Of a DNA stretch of 64,000 nt, positions 12,992 to 27,059 are shown piece after piece (position 1 is the stretch's first letter; each line of letters begins with the position of its first letter). The stretch is from Eledone cirrhosa (Eukaryota). Under the pieces are notes generated by a model. It saw only the letters and a program-made list of their open reading frames with translations. It did not search any database and was not told the DNA's origin. The translations under genes were made by a program, and so were the position numbers. The stretch lies in the NCBI GenBank assembly GCA_964016885.1, contig OZ024758.1, positions 13,764,001-13,828,000 of the forward strand, read 5' to 3'.

Positions 12992-13185
12992 GAAGGAGCA
13001 TGGCTTGATGGTTAGAACATTGGGCTTGCATTTGGGAGGCTCTGAGCTTGATTCTTGGCTCGAGTGATGTCATGTTCTTGAACAAGACTCTTTCATGTTG
13101 CTCCAGTTTACTCTGCTGTAGAAATGAGTTGAGGCGTCACTGGTGCCAAGCTGTGTCTGCCATTGCCTTTTCCCTTGGTCAACAT
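12992..13185 (+). mobile_element. SINE B-type head and body (truncated)
   Basis: GAAGGAGCATGGCTTGATGGTTAGA...TTCTTGAACAAGACTCTT...TGTAGAAATGAG. Confidence 0.7.
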
Positions 13186-14019
13186 TATATATATATTATA
13201 TATACTGTACACAATGTATATATATGCTGTATATATAATGTATATATAGTGTATATATACTGTACACAATGTATATATATGCTGTATATATAATGTATAT
13301 ATAGTGTATATATACTGTACACAATGTATATATATATGCTGTATATATAATGCATATCATCATCATCATCATCATTTTACGTCCGCTTATCCCTGCTTGC
13401 GAGGGTGGGACAGGTGCTATTCGGCACAGCGTCTCTCCACTTGTCATATATAAATATTTCACATAATATTGAATCTATGAGATTTTGATATTATTTATTT
13501 TGAGAACAATACCTTGACATCAGTATGAGTGGCCGGTTACAGCCAGTTTGAACAGAAAGAGGATACGGCCAGTTTAAATGCTAAGGGGTTAAGTTATGTT
13601 CCAAACACCAGCTTTAATATTTGGAAAGTTATATTATCCAATAACTTTACTTTGTTGATTATTTTCAGAATTATTTCTAAATCATATGCAATGTCTTTCA
13701 CTAGAAATATGCTAACAAAGGTGTTAAATATTCTTTTATATGAAGATTATGTTTTGGCAAAGCACCAAAAGTTATTTCACTGTTACTGTTTTGTTTTTAC
13801 ATCATTTGAAATTTAAAGCTATTAGTTTTCAAAAGCAAAGTATTCAGTAGAACTCTTTTATTTAAAAACCATAGAAACTAAACTTTTTTTTTTTACATCC
13901 ATTTTCCTTTGCTATTTTAGTTTTGTTAGTTTATGCAACCTCAGACATATGCATATTATCCGAGCATATTATGTTCTGTTTATGTATTTATTAGTTTTCT
14001 TTTTGTTCCTGCTCATTAT

Positions 14020-14355
14020 GATTTGGCAGTATCGGTAGAGACTCGGATGCCATGCTTTGCAACAAAGAGTTACGGCCCTTTACGGTCTGAGTTCAAATCC
14101 CGACGATGTTAACGTTGTGTTTCATTCTTATGGGGGGGGGGGTGATAAAATAAAGTACCAGTAATGTACTGGGTTAATTGCTGGCCTTGTGCCAAACGTG
14201 AAAACAATTATTATGCTGGTGGATTGGCAGTATCGGTAGAGGGTCGGACGCCATGCTTTGCACCATAGAGTTACGCCCCTTTACGTTCTGAGTTCAAACT
14301 TTGCCCTTCATCCTTACAGGGTTGATGAAATAAAGTACCAGTAATGTACTGGGGT
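14020..14355 (+). mobile_element. Two tandem SINE-A copies
   Basis: TGGCAGTATCGGTAGAG heads at ~14023 and ~14225, each followed by the core. Confidence 0.85.
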
Positions 14356-14384
14356 TAAAAGTCACCAATGATGTCACCAGTGAC

Positions 14385-14535
14385 ATTGCAACTAATTTCT
14401 ACAGTTGAGTAAATTAGAGTAACATGAAATAAAGTGTCTTGCTCAAGGACACAACCCAACACACTGCCCAGTCTGGGAATTAAACTCATAATCTGATGAC
14501 TGTAAGCCCAGTGCTCTAACCACTAAGCCATGCAT
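14385..14535 (-). mobile_element. SINE B head/body
   Basis: Reverse complement AAAGTGTCTTGCTCAAGGA...CTCTAACCACTAAGCCATG. Confidence 0.75.
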
Positions 14536-14954
14536 CATCACAATAACATCTGAGCATTGCTATTCTACTAATATCCCAAGTATCAAGTACTCAACTGAAT
14601 AAGGGTCTTACTAGTTTAAAACTGGTTTAATTCAGATCTGCCTCTCCAATCCCCATGTTCACCTCAGCCCTCAGTCCACACTGTATAGTGGTCGTTTTGG
14701 TGCCATAACAATAAGCACCCAGTACACACTGAAAAGTGGTCATGTAGGTGTCGTGATAAAAAGCACCCAGTCCACTCTGTAAATGTTGTTCCCATTAGAA
14801 AAGGCATCCAGCTGTAGGAACCAAGCCCGTATCAGTTCTGTTTGAGCAAGACATGGTCACCTGGTGGTTTGACTTGTCTCACAACAGGACAACTAGTCTA
14901 ACCAATGCTAGCTGAGGAAAAAATGGTCATTAAACGGTGATGATGATGATGGTG

Positions 14955-15009
<55 letters not shown>

Positions 15010-15744
15010 GTATAGCAACAAAGCTTAAAATAGAGGTGATGATACGTGTGTGTGTGTGTGTGAGAGAGAGTATATGTATGTTTGTGTGTCTAAAAGGAAG
15101 ATAAATCTATTTGGAGGAACCTTTGCTGAGTATACTTCAATATATATAATATAAATATGTGTGTGTGTATGTGTGTATATGTATATATTGAGTGATAATA
15201 TACATATATACAGAGATAACATATCTGTTGTTATGGTTTTTAAACTATCAACATGTGTAAACAAACGGAAATACATAGAGATAATAATAATAATAATAAA
15301 GGCCAGATGAGGTATAGTCACTTATGTAACATAAAAATGCAATCTTGCTTAGAGGCAAAAAAAAAAACAACCAACAATAACAACCAACAATAACAACAAT
15401 AATAATAATAAATAAATATAAATCTATCAATGCTTATTAAGTGAGAGAATGAGACTTATAATTATATAAGATATATAAGGTTGTATGAATAGGAGAGATG
15501 GAGAGATGCTGAATACTGTTAAAACGAAGCTAGGCTTCTCTTTATTCCATATCACTAGTGACCTTGAATAAACTGGGTTAGATTTATAACAAAACCTGGC
15601 TTGAAGGAAGGAAGGAATAATAATAATAATAATAATAATGATTTGAACTCAGACCGTAAAGGGACGTAACACTGTGCTGCAAAGCATGGTGCCTGACTCT
15701 CTACCGATACTGCCAAGAGAAGGAGAATTATTATATGTTGGCTG

Positions 15745-16042
15745 TGTTGTAGTGGTGAAGTGTAGTGTAGAGTTGTGTTGTGTAGTGTAGTGTAGTGTAG
15801 TGTAGTGTAGTGTAGTGTAGAGTTGTGTAGTGTAGTGTAGTGTAGTGTGGTGTGGTGTGGTGCGGTGCGGTGTGGTGTAGCGTAGTATAGAGCAGTGTAG
15901 TGTAGTGTAGCATGGCGTGGTGTGGTGTGGTGTAGTGTAGTGTAGCATAGCGTGGTGTGTTGTAGTGTGGTGTAGTATAGTGTGGTGTAATGTAGTGTAG
16001 AGTAGTGTAGTGTAGTGTGACGTAGTGTAGTGAGGTGTAGTG
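15745..16042. repeat. (GTAGT/GTGGT)n pentanucleotide microsatellite
   Basis: Direct inspection. Confidence 0.95.
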
Positions 16043-16637
16043 ACAAGCCAGTTATTATGGCAATCACTTGAAGATTCAGGAGTGAAATTCTCCTCCAGTG
16101 GAAGTGTAACAGCTGTAAAGTAAAGAAGATATTTTAAAGAACCTGATAGCAACACTTCTTTCAATCAGTTTCAGCCATTGGCATTTCTGTCTTTTGTCTT
16201 CTTTCTTATAAAAGGGGCTGGAACGATAACAAAAGAAGGAACAAGTGCCATTTGTGTCTTTTATGTTTCTTCTTATAGGAGCTGGAAAAACAAAAACAAA
16301 AACAAAACCCCAAAGAATAAGGAAGAAGTATTTTGTTCAGAGGAATATCTTTTCTTTAAGGTGTTATGTTAAATATGTGTTCAAAGGAATTCTTTCTTAT
16401 TTTTTATTAGGTTAGCCAGTGTTATGTACTATCTCCTCCCATTTCTTTTTCATAAGGTTACTTGTGTTGTTTATTTTGTGTTTGTTTTTGTTTTGTCCGC
16501 CCCTTCCCTGCATCTGAGATTAGTCGGTGGAGAGGAGGTTGTAGTTGAAGGTAAAGTGAGTGCATTTATTGTTCGTGTAGACTTTTGTTGAGAGTTTAGT
16601 GATCGGAGAGAATGTGTGAGAGGGAGAGAGTGTAAAG

Positions 16638-17188
16638 CCGAGGTTCTCAAACCTTTTGGGTCACCGCCCACCCGCTTCACAGCCATTGTAATACCCTCAT
16701 CGCCCCCCCCCCCCTCCCCCTTCACAGCCACGTAATACCCTCATGCCCCTCTCGCCCTTCACAGCCACGTAATACCCTCATGCCCCCCTCACCCCTTCAC
16801 AGCCACGTATTACCCTCATCGCCCACCCCCAACCCTATTTCCAAAGAGACCTGCCTACACGCAAATTGTAAATAATATATAATAAATAAAATCGTTAATT
16901 TATATATAATAAATATAATATATACTATTTATAAATAAATATATATTTTTATTTTACTATATTTATTTATAATTGTTTCTACTTTTGGCACAAGGCCAGC
17001 AATTTCCCAGTGTATTACTGGTACTTTATTTTATCGACCCCGTAAGGATGATTTATAATATGTATCATTTGATATTTAATATACTATTATATCATATCTA
17101 CCACCCTCTTAGGCTCCAGCGCTCCCTGGACCTTCTCACCCCCCACCCCCCACCCCGGGGTCAGTAGCACCCACTTTGAAAACCTCTG
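16638..17188. mobile_element. hAT-type MITE with internal ~40 bp repeats and a SINE-A fragment
   Basis: TIRs CCGAGGTTCTCAAA / TTTGAAAACCTCTG with imperfect 8 bp flanks GTGTAAAG / ATGTAGAC. Internal CTTCACAGCCACGTAATACCCTCAT occurs four times. Confidence 0.7.
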
Positions 17189-17270
17189 ATGTAGACTGTT
17201 GAGAGTTTAGTGATTGGAGAGATTATGTGTGTGTGTGTGTAAAGGGATAAATAGTGTGGTGTTATAAAAA

Positions 17271-17780
17271 AGAGTAAAGACCCCCTTCAGTCACGAATGA
17301 CCTGGAATTTGTACCTATAAAGTTTCCCTCTGAGGCACAAGTCCGGGCAAGGTTGTTTGTGGAAGACCAACAGTCACCCATGTATACCAGTCTCCCCTCT
17401 CCATGCCCCTGTGTTGTCCAAGGGAAAGGCAATGGCTGACACAGCTTGGCACCAGTGAAGTGACAGCATATATATACATTTTATACATACTATATATATA
17501 TACACAATATAGTCTATATATACACTATATATACATACTATATATATATTCTTTACACACCATATATACACTACACTATATATGGTGTCCAAGAGAAAGA
17601 CAATGGCTGATACAGCTTGCCACCAGTGACGTCGCAACCCATTTCTACAGCTGAGTAAACTGGAGCAATGTGAGATAAAGTGTCTTGCTTAAGGAAACAA
17701 CACATCACTCAGTCTGAGAATCGAATTCGCAACCTGACTATTGGAAGCCCAATGCTCTAACCACTAAGCCATGCTCCTTC
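17271..17780 (-). mobile_element. tRNA-derived SINE (B-type head, different tail) interrupted by a TA-rich duplication
   Basis: Head reverse complement at 17640-17780. TGTCCAAG.GAAAG.CAATGGCTGA.ACAGCTTG.CACCAGTGA is duplicated at ~17415 and ~17587. Confidence 0.7.
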
Positions 17781-18949
17781 ACTGTGGTGATATAGTTTCT
17801 AATGAACCATAATTTGTTCACGCTCAGAGTTGCTGAAGCATGCAACAAACTCCCTGCATCAGTTGTTAGCTGTCGAGACACTGCACCCTTTAAAATTTCC
17901 ATGTTTCCTGAGATTCGCCAACACTACACCTAATATTCCCCCTCCATACACATGCACACATGTGTGTCATGACTCATACACTATTCACTTCCCTGACATT
18001 TGTATATTATTCTATGTGCTATACATGCACCTTTGATGAGTTGTAGTGCACCTGAGCACTGTACACAATAATTTCATTATTATTTATTATTATAACATAG
18101 TAATGGTTAATGTCTAAGACTAATGTCTGTCTCTAGTCCAGAGGCTTATCAGTTTCTAGATAATTAGAGAATATAAAAGTCTTACCCGTTTCTTGTACTT
18201 ACTATTATTTCTTATACTGTCTTACTATTTTACTTCATATTGAGATAGAAATATTGATCACATTGGTATTCTAGCACACCAGCAGCAGTACTAGTCACTA
18301 AACTATTAAATTATGGCTAAATAATGGATTTTCTGCAAGTTTAATCGGAAGAGGGGAGAAAAAAAAAAAAACATTTTATTTATACGCTTTTGTCACAGGA
18401 AATTTTGAAATTGATATTTGTAAAAGAATTTTATACAAGTCAGGTTCTTTATATTTTTTGAAAGAGTATAGTGAAAATTAATCTTTTATAAGTGTTGTAT
18501 TAAGAATGTGTTGAAGGGTTTTATTTCATATATTTCTTCATTTTATTTCAACTCTTAAAGAGGTGGAGAAAGAATTTTGTCTGCAGTTTTTTTTCTTACA
18601 GTCTGTGTGTAGTTTTGTTTTTTTTCCTGTCGAGGTTTCAGATCCTTTCTATTTCAATTATAGATTTTGTAATATTAAGTTTCTGTAGGTCACATTTTAT
18701 AAATTGTTGTGGTTAGTTCATAATGGTTAAAACATAAAGAACATAAAGTCTCCATGGAATTATTATAGATGTAGGATTAGTAATAACCATTTAAGTTGTT
18801 TTCTTTTTACATTGTGTATTAGTTTATATGTGGGTTATTCGAAAAGAACTAAGGTAAAAAAGGTTTAACTTTTTTGAAACCATATTTCTAATAACTTATA
18901 TTACTCGTTTGTTTCGAGGAGTTTACTAAAACAATTAACTCTTTGATTA

Positions 18950-19380
18950 TTAACCCTTTAGCATTTAAACCGGCCCTATCTGGCCAGAATTTTCTCACCT
19001 ATCTCTGTTTAAGCTGGTCATGACTGCCCCCCCCCCCCCCTCATATCGACATTAACCCTTTAGCATTTACATTACTCTATATATACTATTGTATTTTTGT
19101 GGATAAGGCTTTATCTCAGATAATATCAAATCTATGACATTTTGATGTTAATTATTTCGAGAACAATACCGTAACATCAGTATAAGTGGCCAGTTATGGC
19201 TGGTTTGAACAGAAATAGGTGAGAGAATTCTGGCCGGATATGGCCGGTTTAAATGCTAAAGGGTTAAGGTATTGTTCTCAAAGTAAATAATATCAAAATC
19301 TCATAGATTCGCTATTATGTGAAGTAAAGCCTTTACCATGAAAATACAATAGTAAATATAGAGTAAGGTTAAATGGTTAA
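18950..19380. mobile_element. Nested piggyBac-type MITEs (P1 inside P1, opposite orientation)
   Basis: The inner copy 19056-19263 is flanked by TTAA (19052-19055, 19264-19267) at the internal TTAA of the outer copy. Confidence 0.9.
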
Positions 19381-19959
19381 GTAGGTTTTGAGAACATAAC
19401 TTTAGAAATTTACACAAAATTATGATGGAAGGTTTTAATATAAATAAGACTTTTGAGATAGTTTTTTTAAACCATGGTCAAAAAGATTAAAGTAAACTAG
19501 CTTGAGATAAATAGGGTCTTTAGTATTAGGATTGAAGATAGTAACAAGGTAGAGTTAGCTCTTTATTGATCAACTGTTGCCAGCCAGCATCTAGAAAATA
19601 CATAAAACACAGGTGAAAATATGAATGATGATGAGTTTAATGGCTTATTCATGCAGTGAGTATTTCATGGCTGACTTATTTACCATCCAGATTTCTAAAT
19701 ATCTGCTGCAGTTTATTATTTTACCAGTCCCCTGCTCATCTATTCCTAAAACTAGGCCAAACGGAATTCCCTGACCTGAATAATTGCCATCCCTACAAAC
19801 ATTTCTCTGCAGGATGGCATCCTTAGAAATACTCATACTTTTCTTCATTCATTTACTACCTTCAAAATTAGTTCACTTACTACCGTTGATATCTTAGTTC
19901 ATTTACTATCTTTGATATTAGTTCATTAAAATATATCACACATGTTTATATATATATAA

Positions 19960-20235
19960 TACACATGCACACATGTGTGTATCATGACTCGTGCACTGTT
20001 CATTTTACTGATGTTTGTGCATTGCCCTATGTACTGTACATGCACTTTTTGATGAGTTGTGGTGCACCTGGGCACTGTACACAATATTTCATTATTATTA
20101 TTATTACTATTACTATTATTATATCATGACTCATACACTGTTCATTTTCCTGACATTTGTACATTATTCTATGTATTATACATGCACCTTTGAGTGCACC
20201 TGAGCACTGTACACAATAATTTCATTATTATTATT
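19960..20235 (+). mobile_element. LINE-like 3' tails ending in (TTA)n, tandem; related copy at ~17945-18092
   Basis: Shared GTGCACCTGAGCACTGTACACAATAATTTCATTATTATT end. Confidence 0.6.
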
Positions 20236-20315
20236 ATGTTTAATTATATTTGTTGTTGTTAACCCTTTGCTGTCAGTTTTTCTTTTCTCTTTCATTTTTT
20301 TCTTATTATTAAATG

Positions 20316-20505
20316 CGGTGGATGGCAGAATCGGTAGAGGGTCTGACGCCATGCTTTGCAGCAAAGAGTTACGGCCCTTGCCATGCTGAGTTCAAATCTC
20401 GCCGAGGTTAACTTTGCCTTTCATCCTTACGGGGGTCGATAAAAATAAAGTACCAGTAATACACTGGGATAATTGCTGGCCTTGTGCCAAAAGTATAAAC
20501 AATTA
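20316..20505 (+). mobile_element. SINE-A
   Basis: Head, core and tail as at 3229. Confidence 0.85.
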
Positions 20506-20766
20506 TTAAATGTTGCAACAAAGTTGTTTTAACTCCAACCCTCACCCCTTCTAGTTAACACTCATGAAACCCATTCCTACCAACCACACGTGTTGACTGC
20601 TTGCAGCATGTACCAAATTCTCACCCCTTCCCCCTCTCACCCGTGCTGCAATAGCTGAAGCCGACACCAAAGGAATTGACCTAAATTTCATGGTTACTTA
20701 AAAATCTATAATTCTTAAATATTCACACACCACCACCCCACAACCTGTGCCCATCTTCCTACCTCA

Positions 20767-20797
<31 letters not shown>

Positions 20798-20892
20798 GTA
20801 ACTATCAACAACAAACATGATATATATGGATGATCAATAAAATATCTGCATGATTGGTACTTGGAATTGTCAGTAAAGAAGATGGTTTCAGA

Positions 20893-20934
<42 letters not shown>

Positions 20935-21020
20935 TGTGTTTAACCAAACCATCTGATTTATATTTTCTCTCCAATCTCCTCAACTTTGTATATCTATATA
21001 TATGTATATCTATATATATG

Positions 21021-21064
<44 letters not shown>

Positions 21065-21067
21065 ATG

Positions 21068-21385
21068 ATATTAAATAAATATAGTTATATTTATAAAACC
21101 ATATTTATTCTATTATATGTATTTCAAGGGTAAAAAAACTTTGGTAGGCTCTCATCAGATAAAATACAAAATTTGTTTTATAAATATTGACATATCCAGG
21201 AAAGAAGAACTTAACGGTTCAAGCTTTTCCAGGAAAAACTTGAACGGTTAAGTTCTTCTTTCCTGGATATGTCAATATTTATAAAACAAACTTTGTATTT
21301 TATCTGAGAGCCTACCAAAGTTTTTTTACCCTTGAAATACATATAATAGAATAAATATGGTTTTATAAATATAGTTTCCATTTAT

Positions 21386-21392
<7 letters not shown>
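21068..21392. mobile_element. Fold-back palindromic element (~160 bp arms) between (TA)n tracts, carrying a hammerhead motif
   Basis: Near-perfect inverted repeat centred on TTTTCCAGGAAAA (~21232). Homologous to 35693-36018. Confidence 0.9.
21106..21167 (-). ncRNA. Hammerhead ribozyme-like fold (stem II degenerate)
   Basis: Minus strand: TATTTTAT-CTGATGA-GAG...CTT-GAAA-TACATA-TA-ATAGAATA. Confidence 0.55.
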
Positions 21393-21453
<61 letters not shown>

Positions 21454-21503
21454 GTATATATATATATATATATATAAATGTATATATATATATATATATA
21501 TAA

Positions 21504-21537
<34 letters not shown>

Positions 21538-21704
21538 GTATATATACACATATATACATATCGTCATTGTTTAATGCTCATTTTCCACACTACTGAGGGT
21601 TAGACAGGTTGTCCCATTTGAGGCAAGTTGGGTCAGGTGACTGTGTCTTACTCACATAGAACTGTTTCTGGTTATATATATATATATATATATATGTATA
21701 CGTG

Positions 21705-21735
<31 letters not shown>

Positions 21736-21750
21736 ATGTATATGTGAATA

Positions 21751-21829
<79 letters not shown>

Positions 21830-21839
<10 letters not shown>

Positions 21840-22148
21840 TGGGGGCTACATATGCAATAGTATATGTTAGTGAAGGAATCTTTTTTTTACTTTTTTTGTG
21901 TATAATTTTCTCAAGAGTGAAATAATTCACAATTCATATGTCGCCTGTTTATATGTATACGTGTATATATATATATATATGTATGTATATGTGAATATAT
22001 ATATATGTGTATGTATATATATATATAATTTTTTGGGGCTACATATGCAATAGTATATGTTAGTGAAGGAATCTTTTTTTTTACTTTTTATGTGTATAAT
22101 TTTCTCAAGAGTGAAATAATTCACAATTCATAATATGTCGCCTGTTTA
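21830..22148. repeat. Tandem duplication (~115 bp unique unit plus TA-rich spacer)
   Basis: TAATTTTTTGGGG...CACAATTCAT..GTCGCCTGTTTA occurs twice. Confidence 0.85.
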
Positions 22149-22721
22149 AAACAACCAACTTCCTTTACTTGTCTTGTGCCTAAGAGTTTACGGAAATTTC
22201 AGAAGCATCTTATAATTATTTGTTAGATGAGGGCGGAGTGACAGAAAACAAACTAAGAACTATATAAAAGCTTTTCATTCATTTGCACTTGCTTAAAAGT
22301 TTGTTAGAGAAACCTGGAATCGCCTTCTTATTAGCTGAGTAAAGCAATCTGGAAAAATCTTAATCTATTTTAGAAACGAAACAAACAAATATATATATCT
22401 GAAAATAATGTCAACAGCTAATCTAATTAGGAGATACTCATTTAACGAACTCTTATAAACGTTGACATCAAAAGCAGTATAACAAGGTAGTGTTTAGAAT
22501 TTCTTCAATTGGTAAGCCAGAGATCAAATATTGAGCCTTAATTATACTAATAGATTGGGTTTAAGTGGTGCTGTATGATATGGTGGAATTGATTCTCTCC
22601 TGCCGTAACTGGTATTGATCCAAAAATCTTATCTATTATGGAACCTTCAAGTGATTAATAACCCCCTCTCTCCTCTCTTAGCTTCATCTTCCTCATCTTT
22701 TCTTCTCTGCCTCTGTAAGTT

Positions 22722-23105
22722 TCCACCATCACCACCACTGCTACCACCCTTACCACTACCACCACCATCACCACTACCACTACCACCCTCACCGCCACCA
22801 TCAACTACACCCTCCCCACTACCACCAACACCACCATCACCACCACTGCCATGACCACCAAACACCACCATAGCCACCACCACCACCCTCACCACCACTG
22901 CCACTATCATCACCACCACTACCACCAACACCACTGTCACCACCATCACTAGCACCACCACCACTAACACCACCAATACTACTACCACCACTGCCACTAC
23001 TACCACCATCACCACCACCAGCAAAACCACTACCACCACTGCCACTACCACCACCGTCACCACCACCACCATCACCGTCACCACCACCACCGTCACTACC
23101 ACTAC
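22722..23105. repeat. (CAC/CTA)n degenerate trinucleotide repeat
   Basis: Direct inspection. Confidence 0.95.
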
Positions 23106-23520
23106 TGTTAGTGTTACAATGTGCTATAGTCCCCAACCATACAAAATGATTTGTGATTTGTTTTCTCTTTCTTTCTTCCATTATGGCATCAGTTCTGTTC
23201 TGTCTAATCAATTGATTGTTTGATTGTTGTTGTTGCTGTTGTTTTATGTAATCTTCGCTCAGTTCTTATTGTCTTAGATCTCCTCCATTTTGGTTCGTAT
23301 TAATCACAATGGCCATATTTTTAATGTGATTAGATGCAATACTGGTGACTGGTTGAGCTCTCATTGTAAGCAACTTTTAAAGATTGCTTCAACGAAGCAA
23401 CTTTTAAAGGTGGCATCAACAGTTCGCTTACAATAATACAATAACAAATAGCAAAAAAATAATAGTATACAATTCAAAATATCGATGTCATAAGATTAAA
23501 TATGAGAATCTGACAGAATG

Positions 23521-23895
23521 AAGGGGTTTCTGATCTTGTTAACCAGAGATAGGGGTTTATGACCTTGTTAACCAGAGACAGGGATTTCTGACCTTGCTAA
23601 CCAGAGATAGGGGTTTATGACCTTGTTAACCAGAGACAGGGGTTTATGACCTTGTTAACTAGAGACAGGGGTTTATGACCTTGTTAACCAGAGACAGGGA
23701 TTTCTGACCTTGCTAACCAGAGATAGGGGTTTATGACCTTGTTAAACAGAGACAGGGGTTTATGACCTTGCTAACCAGAGATAGGGGTTTATGACCTTGT
23801 TAACCAGAGACAGGGGTTTATGACCTTGTTAACCAGAGACAGGGGTTTATGACCTTGTTAACCAGAGACAGGGATTTCTGACCTTGCTAACCAAA
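23521..23895. repeat. 29 bp minisatellite, ~13 copies
   Basis: Unit GGGTTTATGACCTTGTTAACCAGAGACAG. Confidence 0.95.
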
Positions 23896-24120
23896 GACTT
23901 AGAGAGTTCCTGATTTCTGTGGCATATTAACCCTTTGATTTGAAACCAAACCATAAAGGGCCATAACTTTATGCAGTAGTAATAATAATCGTTTCATATA
24001 TTAGCCACAAGGGCCGACGTATAGGGGACAATACAGTAGACGGGGGACAGTGGGGGATCTTACACAAAAATCGAGTAAAAAATATGAAAACAATAACAAA
24101 AATATGATGATAATAATAAT

Positions 24121-24302
24121 AATTGTTTCTATTTTTGGCACAAGGCCAGCAATTACCCCAGTGTATTACTGGTACTTTATTTTATCGACCCCGTATGTAT
24201 GAAAGGCAAAGTTAACCTCGGCGGGATTTGACCTCAGACCACAAGGGGCCGTAACTTTATGCTGCAAAGCATGGCGTCCGGCCTTCTACCGTTACTGCCA
24301 AT
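24121..24302 (-). mobile_element. SINE-A
   Basis: Reverse complement of the family consensus. Confidence 0.85.
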
Positions 24303-24811
24303 AATACCAATAATGTTTATTAATAAAAATAATAATAATAATAATAATAATGGTCTGATTTATTGGCCACAAGGGCCAACATAATAATTACAATGATGAT
24401 GATAAAAAGGTGATGATATTGCAGAATCAGTGGAGCGCTGCGTTAAATGACTTTGCTGTATTTAGTTCTGTTCATTAACGTTGAAATCCTTCCTTTCATC
24501 TTCTCTCCCGACCCACCCAACCCTAGCCCACACTCCCCCACCCCTACCCACCCACCCACACCCACCCACCCCTACCCACACTCTCCAGGGTTGTTAAAAT
24601 AAGCATCAAGCATGTGCTGGTGTTGGTTCTAATGGTTGTTCTTCCCCCCCCCCTCCTTCTCCTCGCTCCTACCCCCCTCTCACACCACCTCCCTCTTGTC
24701 CCCCCTCTCCCCCTCCTCCTCCTCACACCCCCTCTATACTCTCTTACCAAATATTTGGTCTTGTGCCAATGTAAGAAATCATGATTATGTATGTAAATGT
24801 TTCAAGTCTTT

Positions 24812-25256
24812 CATATACAGAAGCATATATATATATATATTATATATTGTATATATATATATATATTATATATTGTATATATATATATATATATTATATA
24901 TTGTATATATATATATATATTATATATTGTATATATATATATATATTATATATTGTATATATATATATATATATATATATTGTAAATATATATATATATT
25001 GTATATATATATATATATATTGTATATTGTATATATACATACAGAAGCATATATATATATATTGTATATATATATATTGTATATTGTATATATACATACA
25101 GAAGCATATATATATATATACATACATACAGAAGCATATATATATATATACATACATACAGATGCATATATATATATATACATACATACATACAGAAGCA
25201 TGCATATATATATACATACATACAGATGCATATATATATATATACATACTTACAGA

Positions 25257-25324
<68 letters not shown>

Positions 25325-25330
25325 TATATT
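24812..25330. repeat. TA-rich compound microsatellite
   Basis: (TA)n interspersed with TTG and CATACAGAAGC units. Confidence 0.95.
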
Positions 25331-25599
25331 CATATGCATCGTATGTACAAGCTTATAAAGGTTTTGAACATATATCTAGGTTTCTCTCTCTTTCTATCTC
25401 TCTCTCTCTGTCTCTCTCTCTATATCTCTATCTCTCTGATTCCTTCTCTTTCTCTTTCTTTCTTTCCATACTCTCTTGTTCTACCCCCCCCCCCCCACAC
25501 ACACACACACTGTTCACATACAGGTACATGAATAAATTCATATATACAGGTACCCATACATTCATATGCATATTTTCATGCACAAGTGCACACTTACCA

Positions 25600-26567
25600 T
25601 ATTCATTTGCACACACACCTACACACACATATATACATAGACACACAGTTGCACTCGCACACAGTCACACCTACACACACACACACACACACCTACACAT
25701 ACAGAGACACAGTCGCACACACTGACACATACCTACACAGACACATACTTACACATTTACACAGACACACAGACATACACCTACACAGACTCACGCACAC
25801 CGTCACACACGTACGCACACCGTCACACAGACGCACACACACGCACACACACACACCGTCACACACACACACATCGTCACACAGACACACACCGTCACAC
25901 ACGCACACACCGGCACACACGCACACGCAGACACCGTCACACACAGACACACACACACCGTCACACAGACACACACCGTCACACACACACACGCACACAC
26001 AGACACACACCGGCACACCGTCACAGACACACACACAGACACACACCGGCACACCGTCACACACACACACACAGACACACACCGGCACACCGTCACACAC
26101 ACACACACAGACACACACCGGCACACCGTCACACACACACACACAGACACACACCGGCACACCGTCACACACACACACCGTCACACAGACACACCGTCAC
26201 ACAGACACACCGTCACACACACACACACACACACCGTCACACACACACACACACAGACACACCGTCACACACACACACACACACATACACACGCACACAC
26301 ACAGACACACCGTCACACACACTCACACACAGACACACCGTCACACACACACTGTCACACACGCACACACCGTCACACACACACACCGTCACACACAGAC
26401 ACACCGTCACACACACACCGTCACTCACGCACACACAGACACACACCGGCACACCGTCACACACACACACCGTCACTCACGCACACACAGACACACACCG
26501 GCACACCGTCACAGACACACACCGTCACACACGCACACACAGACACACACACACACACAGACACACA
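25600..26567. repeat. CA-rich compound satellite with ACCGTC / CCGGC interruptions
   Basis: Direct inspection. Confidence 0.95.
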
Positions 26568-26939
26568 GGGGGTTAAAAGTGAAATGACTAAGAACATAAT
26601 GTGGTTATTTAGGCTGCAGAGTTCATTGAATGGTCTTAAGTTCAAATTTATTGCCTGTATTTTGTAATGTATTGGGGTGGTAGTGTATGGTGATAGGGGG
26701 GTGGGGACTGATGGGGGGACTAAGGGAGGGGTAGGAAACTGAGGGAGGGAGGGAGGTGGGAGGCTGAGGGAAGGAGAGGGAGAGAGAGAGAGAATGGAGG
26801 GAACTAAAGTAGAGAGAAAGAGGGAGGGAACTAGAGAAAGGAGGGGGAGAGATTGGTGAGAAATGTGGTGAGGTGGGGGAAGGGGAGGTGGGGGTCACAA
26901 GAAGTGTGAAGAGAGGTAGACAGGTAGATACCATGATGT

Positions 26940-27024
26940 GAGGAGAGAGTGAGTGAGTGATAGAGAGGGAGTGTGTGAGAGAGAGAGGGAGATATAGAGG
27001 AGAATGTATGAGAGAGAGAGGAAA

Positions 27025-27059
<35 letters not shown>

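Noticed and set aside
24636-26587. Long YI/HT/CV-rich ORFs
   Set aside because: Translations of (TA)n, (CA)n and (TG)n microsatellites.
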